DNA of 56,300 nucleotides, taken from IMG/VR virus record IMGVR_UViG_3300029442_000006, positions 1-56,300 of that record; one strand, given 5' to 3'. The notes beneath the pieces were generated by a model, which made no database searches, was not told the DNA's origin, and saw only the letters and a program-made list of their open reading frames with translations. The translations under genes were made by a program, and so were the position numbers. The DNA is from a virus. Its lineage: Duplodnaviria; Caudoviricetes. Numbering within the stretch: position 1 is the first letter of the stretch; each line of letters opens with the position of its first letter. This document shows, piece by piece, positions 46,501 to 55,500 of this stretch.

Positions 46501-49500
46501 TGGTATGACCCTTTTCCTCTAACTGTTGCGTGAGAGAAAACGTCGCTTCCCTCAATACTCCATCGTGAGTCTCGGAGTGTCTTTCTGACATTTTCCTTCT
46601 GTTCTTCGGCCTCCGCTTTCGCCTCTAGTGCCATGTCGCCGGACTTAACTTGATCGTTCGCGTAATCAAATGCTTCACGCAATGTCTTGAAATCCCTGTA
46701 CGTTTCTCCGTCATTCCAAACACGAATATCTGGCGACTCAGTTTGGTCAACCAATCCATTCCCGTTTTCATCAACTTCATCGGATAGAGGCCATCGTTCT
46801 TGTACATCCACGGATTTACCATCTGCATCTCTACCAACGTCCCACCTACGAATGCGCTGATTTCTTTCCTCGTATTCCTCATCTGGCTCTGGTGTTTGCC
46901 ATTCCTCCGCCGCCTGCCCCTCGCCGCTTTCCGCGAGCATCTTCCAGAACTCAGCATCAGCGCCGGTATCAGTGGATAGTCCTGCCGTCACGTTCTCAGC
47001 CGCAAACGGTACAGCCATCGTCTCGGAGGCCAGTGCTTCGTTGAAGGTGTCGCGGGAAAGTGGGGTGCGAGTGGTTGCGCTGGCTTCGCCAATCTTGGAG
47101 AACTTCGTGGCAACTGCATTGCGGGAAAATACGGCGTCGTACCTCGCTTTGGGTAACTCAGAAACAATCTGATCTGCCTTTGCAACAGCGGACGAAATTT
47201 CTGGATTGTCTTTGACAATCTCAGTATCCAGTTTTCCGACCAGCATATCTATCGGGCGCGGATTCCCGGAACGATCTGTGCGTAAATTGTCCCCACGCAC
47301 GTCACTCACCAAATACGGTTCACCATCCACTACCGTCACAAAATTCCGGACCGTATCCGTTGGACGCGCAATCGCCTTGTCAGACACTTCGACGATCGCA
47401 CCCCGCTGGATTGCACCTGATACATCTTCTGAACGTTCCGCACCCCACGGCTGTTTGGTGACAATGACACCCTCAGGGGTCATGCCAAGAATTTCAGTCG
47501 GCGCACCGCCGATTGCATTGTGAATACGGATTCTGTCCAGTAGGTCAAGCACGCTACCGGGCTTGGCTTTTGCGGCTACCTCACCGCGCAACTCTACAAT
47601 TCCTAAAGTGGCTCCAATCCCGCGATTGTAAGGGATATAAAGTTTGTAAGCGAACTGGTCGTTGTTAGATTGGAATACCGCGCCTTCCGCTCCTTGTCCA
47701 ACATTCACACGGCGCATCTTGTCGGAGTGAAGGCGTTCCCACAAAGACCAAGAAGAATAATTCTTTGTGTCTGAAATGCCGAGATCGGCAGAAGTGATTG
47801 GCTTTAGACCGAGGACTTCGTTGAATCGCCTTGCAAAATCTGGCGCACCCAATTGATCGCCGGATTGTCCGGAAGCCGCTGCCCACTTTCGATAATTTCC
47901 AGCGGAACTGGCGGCAATATCCCGTGCGGTGTCAGCAGCAACTCGCCGGGAGGTAAGTCGAGAAGGATTTTGCGTAACTGAGTCGCGTTCACGTTCCTCT
48001 CTATACTCACCTTCGATATTTGATGCAACAACTTTTTGTCCCGGTTCTGGATTAGTACCACGTCCAACCTCGCCAGACTCATCCCGAACCACTCGTTTCA
48101 ACTCCGCAATCGCCCGGTCAACCAAACTGCGAATCTTGATCCACGCCGCGCCAATCTTGTCCCGGAACCACTGGTACACGCCTTTCGTTGTCCGCTTGCC
48201 ATTGCCCCAAGCATCTTCGACAATAGTGCGGACTTCATTCGCTACTTCCTTTGTAAGCAGCGCGGGATTGATGATGCTTCCCTTGTCGTCCGAAAGGCGT
48301 TTCTTGAGACTGTTTTCTGCATCTTCCGGTGATTGACTCTCAGTGTCCGGGCTTTCATCGGATTGGTGTTGCTTCTTTTCAATCGCGTCAATCTCAGATT
48401 GTAAGGTTTTTAGGTATGTCTCTGACGGCCAGTCCAGTTTCTCAGATTGTTCCTTGATTTGATTGACTCGGTTTGGCCCGGTCAAATCTTCAAGTTTCTT
48501 CTCGGCTGCGGAAATCTTCACGTCGGTATCATTGCTACCGCCTTCTTTGCTTTGCTTGACGAGGCGTGACATAATCTCAGCCAGTTTGCGCTTTTCCTCG
48601 GCAAGAGTGGTATCTTGATCGAACTTCTTTCCGGTCTGCTTCTGCAATGTTTCGATATTGAACTTGGATTGCGCGATCTGATCTTCCGCACGTTTGACGT
48701 GCAACCCGCTGGCGATGCTGCGGATCGTGCCGAGCGCAGAACGGGCGATGGAGAGAGCGTCTTTCGTGCCGGACTCGTCTGCCGCCAGTCCCATCTCGTA
48801 GGTGTTTTCTCCGCGTACAAGGTAGCCATGTACGGTGTTTTGACCCGCATGCCGGCCGCCCTGCATCCGGGCGACAACAGTAAACGGTCCAATGTGGGCA
48901 ATCGGATAGTCAGTCTTGTCGAGTTCAACTCCCAGCAGTGAATCTACGGCGGTTTCGAGAGCCTTTTTTAGTGGTTCCTTCTGCTCAGTGTACGTCTTCC
49001 CGTGAACCTCAATCTCTTTAGCCTCCTGCGCCATGACGGTCTTGGCTGACTCGAAATCGCGATTGAGTCTCGGTACTTCGGCCTGCACCCGTGTAATGTT
49101 CCGGTTCTCGTAATCAATCTGTGACTGGACACGGGCTTGCGCTGTCTGGAAAATGCGCCGTTTCTGTTCTAGCTTCTTGATATTCTCCTGCGCTTCGACG
49201 GCATTCAACACATCTGGATTACCCGTTGCTTCGGCCATGACACGCGCCGGCGATATTTCCTCACTGTCGGTTTCTTCAATCTCCCGAACTTTAGCACCGT
49301 ACTTCAAGAATTGGTGAATGAACGCATCTTTATTGTTAATCAGTGACCAAACGAATGAGTCAAGTGATCCCTCGGTAACGTAACGAGAAATTCCAATCTC
49401 TGAATGACGATTTTTTTGCCGCCACGAACGGCCATCGCGCTGCCGCATTCGCCCCGGTGTCATCGGGGCGTCAATGTTGTGTCCATACTTCAAATGTTTT

Positions 49501-52500
49501 TGCGCGTTGACGCCTGTTCCCATCGTCGCGGTCGAGCCGATGCCAACCAACGCTTGACCGTTGCGGAGATTGGCAATCGCCGCGAGCCGTTCGTCGCCTT
49601 CTTTCAGCTTCGTAAAATCAATAATCTTGTTGCGCGGGATTCCGCCCTTCACCAGTCCGTCAATGATGTGCTTGTAGAGGCTGAATCCCCAATCGGTCGG
49701 GTTCACTCCCATATCGGAGAAAATCATCTGCGTGACGGTTGGATCGGCCTTATAATTCGCCAACACCGCCGCAATCGCCTTAGCTACCTTACCTTCAGGG
49801 TTCTCGGTGTAATTCGGAGTAATTAGCCCCATGTGCAACGCGGCTTTGCGGCCATCGGTGCAAATCTTGAGCATGTTATCGCCGCCCTTTTCAACCTTTT
49901 TCCCCTTCAAATCTTTGGCGCGTTGAGCAAGCTCGCGCATATACGCCGCCTGCTCCTTGTTCATGTCGGCCTTTACTACCGCCTCAATCTTCTTCGGGCG
50001 TTTGATGTTGGGCATGTCTTCGACAAACCGCGTGTCGAGCATCTGGCGCGCAATCGCGGACAACTCCTGCAAATTGGTGAACCGCTTGAAGCGTGTCGTC
50101 GGCTTGAACTCACCGGCAGCGGTCGGCTCAATCTGTGTCACGGTCTGGCCGAACGTATTCGCCCAGCCATCAAACGCCGAGATACCGCGTGCTTCGAGTT
50201 CTTCGGGTTGTAGGTACTTCTGCCAGTTGTAAAGCTCCACCATTGAATTATCAATCGGCGTGCCAGTCCCGAATACCATTATAGCTTTCGGGTTATTCTT
50301 CCGCATCCACCGGGTATTCAGCAGCAGGTTCGTCGCCCGATCAGATCGGGATTGCGGGATGCCTTTGACGCTGCCTCGGCTGGTATAGACGGGCAAACTT
50401 TTGTAAACGTGTGCCTCGTCAATCATCAGCATGTCAATCCCCGACTTCTGGAACGTAATCGCGGTATCGCGGGGGCGGTCGAGTGCTTCCTTGAGCTTTT
50501 CTTCCAACCGCTCTTTCAACTTCTCAAGCTGCTTGGTGGTTTTGTCCTTCTTGGCTCTGCGTCCGTAACGTCTCTCACCGCTATTAGCTTCGGCGGCGCG
50601 GATCACGTCCGACAACTCCGCGATTTCCTCACGGATAAACCCTTCTTCAACGTCCTTGTCCACGTCCATCATGTTGAGATTGTCGTGGGTCAGGATGATC
50701 AAATCCCAATCGCCAGTCGCAATCCGCGCAATAGTCTTGCGCCGGTTCTCCGCGTCGAAGTTCTCATTGGTCGAGAGAATCTTCATCGTCGGGAAAGCCC
50801 GTTGAATTTCCTCAGTGACTTGCTCGATATTGGCCTTCAACACCGACAATGCCGGCTTGTTGGCAAAACCCAGTTCTTTCATCTTCGCCGCTGCCATGCC
50901 GTAAATTAGTGACTTTCCTGTTCCCACTTCATGCCCCATAAGAACCCTACGAACGTGCATGATTAGTGAAACAGTATTATTCTGGTGAGTATAAGGAATT
51001 ACTGACGTACTCATCGTAGGAAACTCCAACCACGAACCGTCAGATTTGAGTTCTACGATATTATTCATGGTGTCGTTGTAGAACCGGTGCAACCTCGCCC
51101 GGCGTTCGTCGTCAGTCCAAACCCATTCTTTGAACAACTCACGAACTTCCTCAACCTTCAGGTTCGCCGCTGCCGATTCGTCGGGCAGGAACACGCGGTG
51201 TTCACCATCGGCATCCTTCACCGGCTTGTAGAGCATGATCGGCTTGTCATCCATCGCGCTCTGTACGATGTCCTGAAAGTCGGCCATTGGCGTGCCGTAA
51301 GTCTCGGTGAATGATGGGCGATTCTTGATGTACTTGTCCCGCACGTCGAGAATCCACTTGCCGGTCTTCTGCAAGTACGCCGCCGTCATCATCTCTGGCC
51401 GGAAGTTGTGCAGGGACGCGAAGAACTCGGAGTAGTCCGAACCCGGAACCCACGGCGAGCCGAGTTTCACGTCAATCTCGCTGTGCGGTTTGTCTTCTGG
51501 AATGGCCTTTTTCAGAGCCTCGACGTTGTGATTTAACGACGGATCGAGCTTCGCCGCCGCTTCCGCCTGCAACAGTTTCGCTCGCACGTTGCCGGACAGG
51601 TAGAAATCAGACAACTCCAAACCGCCGTCAGGCGTCTTGAATGCCATACCGCTGCGGGTCAGGTCGGCAACAACCTCATCATGGGATTTTCCGATCAGTT
51701 CGCCTATCCGGTCGGGATCAATCCCACCGGTCTCATTCATCGAATAGCCCACCGCCTGTTTGATGCTGTCGGCCTTAGTTTTCTTCTCCAACGCTTTGAC
51801 GGTGCGCTTGCTGAATATGTCGGCCTTTGTGACCGTCTTATTCTCCGGGTTGTATTGCTCCAATGCCAGCAGGTTCACCCAGTCGGGATCATCGGCAATC
51901 AGTCTCTTGTGGGTTTTGGAGTGCAGATTGTCAAACTTCTTCACGTAATCGTCGTAATGCCGGTTCAACGTCTCGCGCAGTGGCGTAAGATGGTCGTCGT
52001 TGACGCCAGCTAACTCCTGCGCGGTCAACTTCTTAATGTCGTCCCGGATCGCCAACAACTTCGACACTTGGGCAATTTCCTTGCCCATCTTTTTTTGCAC
52101 CATCTCGTTACCTTGCCGCTGCCAGAGTTCTTTGCTGTTGCGGACTTCGTACCCGTAATCCTTCAGCTTGGAATCCGCCTCGACGATTTTGCTCGGTGTA
52201 ACCGGCTTCGTGCGAGTCGTTTTTTCGTAAATGTTCTCCGGCAATCGCGCAATGGCCTGCTGTAACCGTTCTACGAAATCATCTGTTAGGCTTACGTTTG
52301 GTTGGCCACCACTGTAAAGCTTGCTCTTGCGGTCGAGCATACCGAGGATTTGCTCTGGATGGTCGGCGTAGTATTCGTTGATTGGGATTGGTTCGGCTGT
52401 TCCGGACATCTTGACTTCCCGAATCCCCATCCACTTTGTCCCGCTAGGCGCAACGCCTTCCGGTCGCCGTTTCAAAATTACGATGTCCGTTACAACTGAA

Positions 52501-55500
52501 GTTCCGGCGTTCTTCAGGAACGACCCACTCGGCAACCGCATCGCTGCTACCAAGTCCGCTTTCGACGCCAGCACTTCCCGGACGCGAGGATTCATCTTGT
52601 CAAGCGTGCCGGTGCTGGTGATCGCCACGAGCAACCCACCGGGCCGCACCGTCGAGATGCCTTTCAGAAAAAAGTAATCATGCAGATTTGCCCCGATCTT
52701 GTTGTACTTGTCCTGACGGATGGTAATGTCGCCAAATGGGTAATTCGATATTTGCAGGTCAAAAAAGTCGTCTGGTACATTTGCCTCTTGATACGGAGTC
52801 GTTTCGTGGTGGCCGTCCGGGTGCAACAGCTTGGCAATATTGGACGTGAGATTGTCCATTTCTGAGCCAACCAGCGAGGACTTGGCGCGCATGTCGCCGG
52901 GCATCACGCTGTAGAACAACCCAATCCCTTCAGCCGGTTCATTGATTTTGCCGCCTTTGAAACCCAGTCGCCGCACCATGTCCCACATCCCAACCGCCAA
53001 CCGAGGGGCTGTGAAGTGAGCGTTTATGGTGGAGGCTCGTGCGGACTCCCATTCATCATCCGTTAGTAACGCCTTGAGTTCTTCCCGCTCCTTGGCCCAC
53101 TTGCTCGCTTCGTCGCCGTAGTACCCAAACAGTCCTTCGGAGTATGACGACCGGCCCCAGCCAACGTAACGGGCGAGGGTGGCTTGCTCGGCGGGTGAGG
53201 CGAGTCGCTGTTCCTCCATGATCGCTTTCATCAAGCGAATGGCGGCGACGTTATCCTTGAACTTGGCTTTATCTCCGCCGTTCTCGAAGATGTCGAGGTC
53301 GGTGAGAGAGAAATTGTTAGAATTGGCGGGAGCTTTGGCTGCTGGCTTTACTCCGGCGTTAGCGACTTCAACCACTGATTCAGAGCCGACTCCGCTATCG
53401 AGTCCTCCGCTTCCTGTTCCTCCGGTGTTTCCGCTGGTGACGGACTGACGTTCTCCATCATTTCCCTGATCGCCGTCTCCCGCGCTACCTCCGGGGATGT
53501 TCCTTGTTCCACCATCAGGTTGAAGCTCTCCTTCGCTTGCTCCTGTTGCACTAGCAGGAACGGCAGTAGGTCGCTCTTTTTCAACAGTTCGAGGTGAAGT
53601 TCTGGCAGGTTGTTTTTGAGATGTTTTTTCAGAAGTTGGCCGAATGGCGTCAACTGTTTCTGCGGGAGTGTCGCCGCTTGGTCTTTCCAATAGCTCATTG
53701 TCTGCTCCTGTCTTAATATCGGCCTCGCGGCCTTGTTTGTCAATTACCTCGAAGATGCTCTTGGCGGTCGTCGCATCAACTTCATCCAGCCCCATAATCT
53801 CGGCAATCGAATTCCACGCACCACGGAGATACGCCTTGATCCTCTCCCACAATGACGGCATCCGGCCTTTCACGGCCTCCGCGAACTGCTTGAACGTCTT
53901 CGTCCCGCCCTTTGCGTACAATGCGGCCAACTGTGTCGCTGTGCTGATAATCTTGGGATCCGGTACGCCTGAAAGTACCTGTCCGAGAAGTTTGGTAAGT
54001 TCGGCTTCGAGACGCTCCGCCTCGGCTCGATCCTCGGCATTCAGGTTGTCGAGCGGGGACTTGACAGCGGGGGTAGATGTGGCTACCGGCGAAGGCTGCG
54101 CCGTTGCGGGGGCTGGCGCGACGGCTTGCGGTTTCCATGCGACACTGCCATCGGCCACGTCATCAGCCAGAAAGCTTTCCCCACCACTCAATGAGAACCC
54201 ATGCGGTGACGATGTTTTGACGCGGCTGTTGATTGTCCGTCCATCCACGTTAACCGTAACAAGGTCGCCTACGGTTGGCATCGCTACCGGTGGCTTGGCT
54301 GCCGGCGTTTCCTTAACCTGTGGGGTTAAAGGTTTCGCCGGCTCGTCCTTACGAGAATCTGCTCGCTCCACTTCGAAAGCCGGGTGAACAACCATGTTCT
54401 TGTCCACTTCTTTCTTGATAACCGCCTTCCACTGGCCGGGATTTTTCAAGAATGTTTCGAGTGAATTGCGGCTGGGGTAGCGTTTTACAAAGTAATCATT
54501 CCCGTCTTTGGTCGGCTTGATCGCCAGCAGGTTCGCGTCAGCGCGGTCGCGCAACTCTCTGTGACGTGCAAATGATATTGTAACCGGTGGGGCTGGCGGT
54601 AGGGCTGTCTGGATTGTGATGTCACCCTTGACAATCTTTGATTCTGACAAGACCGGCTTGCCGTTCTTGTACGGAAAATCTATTGCCACCACCTCATCGA
54701 ACGGCCCGGCTCCTTTTAACGTGTCAATGTTCTTCGCCTCGACCTTCGCAAATTTACCCTTAACCTGAACCCGAACACCCTTCGCACCTTCTGGAAGTTT
54801 GACCGTCTTACCGGCGTGCAATGCTTCAGCGAGGGTCTGAGGCGTGACATTTGAGGCTACCTGCCCACCGGTCACGGCCGGAGCTTCCGGCGGAACTGGC
54901 GCAGGGGTCGTTGCTTCTGGCGTGGGTGCCGGTGACACGGCGGAGGGTTTCGGGCCCGCAACCCACTCGTCAATGGCTTTGCGCGTGTCGCGCTGGGTTG
55001 ATGGTAACTTAATACCGGTTTCCTCGGTGAAGATTTTACGGGATAGCGGGTTGCCAATATCGAGGATAGCTTTTAAGGCGTTGGGGTCTTTGGCCTCGAT
55101 CGCCGCCGTCAACCGTTCCAGCGTCTTGGGGGCGACCTGCTCACGGATTGGCAGGTCTTCCACCCACTTGCGGTATTCCTGCGCGTACTGGTCTTTCTTC
55201 GGTGACTTCGCCATCTCTGCCAGCGTCATGCCTTTGGATGCTGCAAAGCGGTCTTGTAGGGTTGTCGCTACTACTGGCGCTGTATCCGCTTCTGGCGTTA
55301 CCGTACCGGGGGGCTTGATGTCAGGGTAATCGGCCAGCACTTCGGGGGGGACTGGCTTGCCGGCGGCGATTGCGTTTTTGACGGTGTTGTAATGCGCTGA
55401 CTCATTTGGAGTCGCCCCCTGATAACCTTGAGCGCGAAGTTTGGCGTTGTCTGGTTCCAGCTTTCTGCGAGTATCTTCAATCCACTCCGCGCGCGTCATC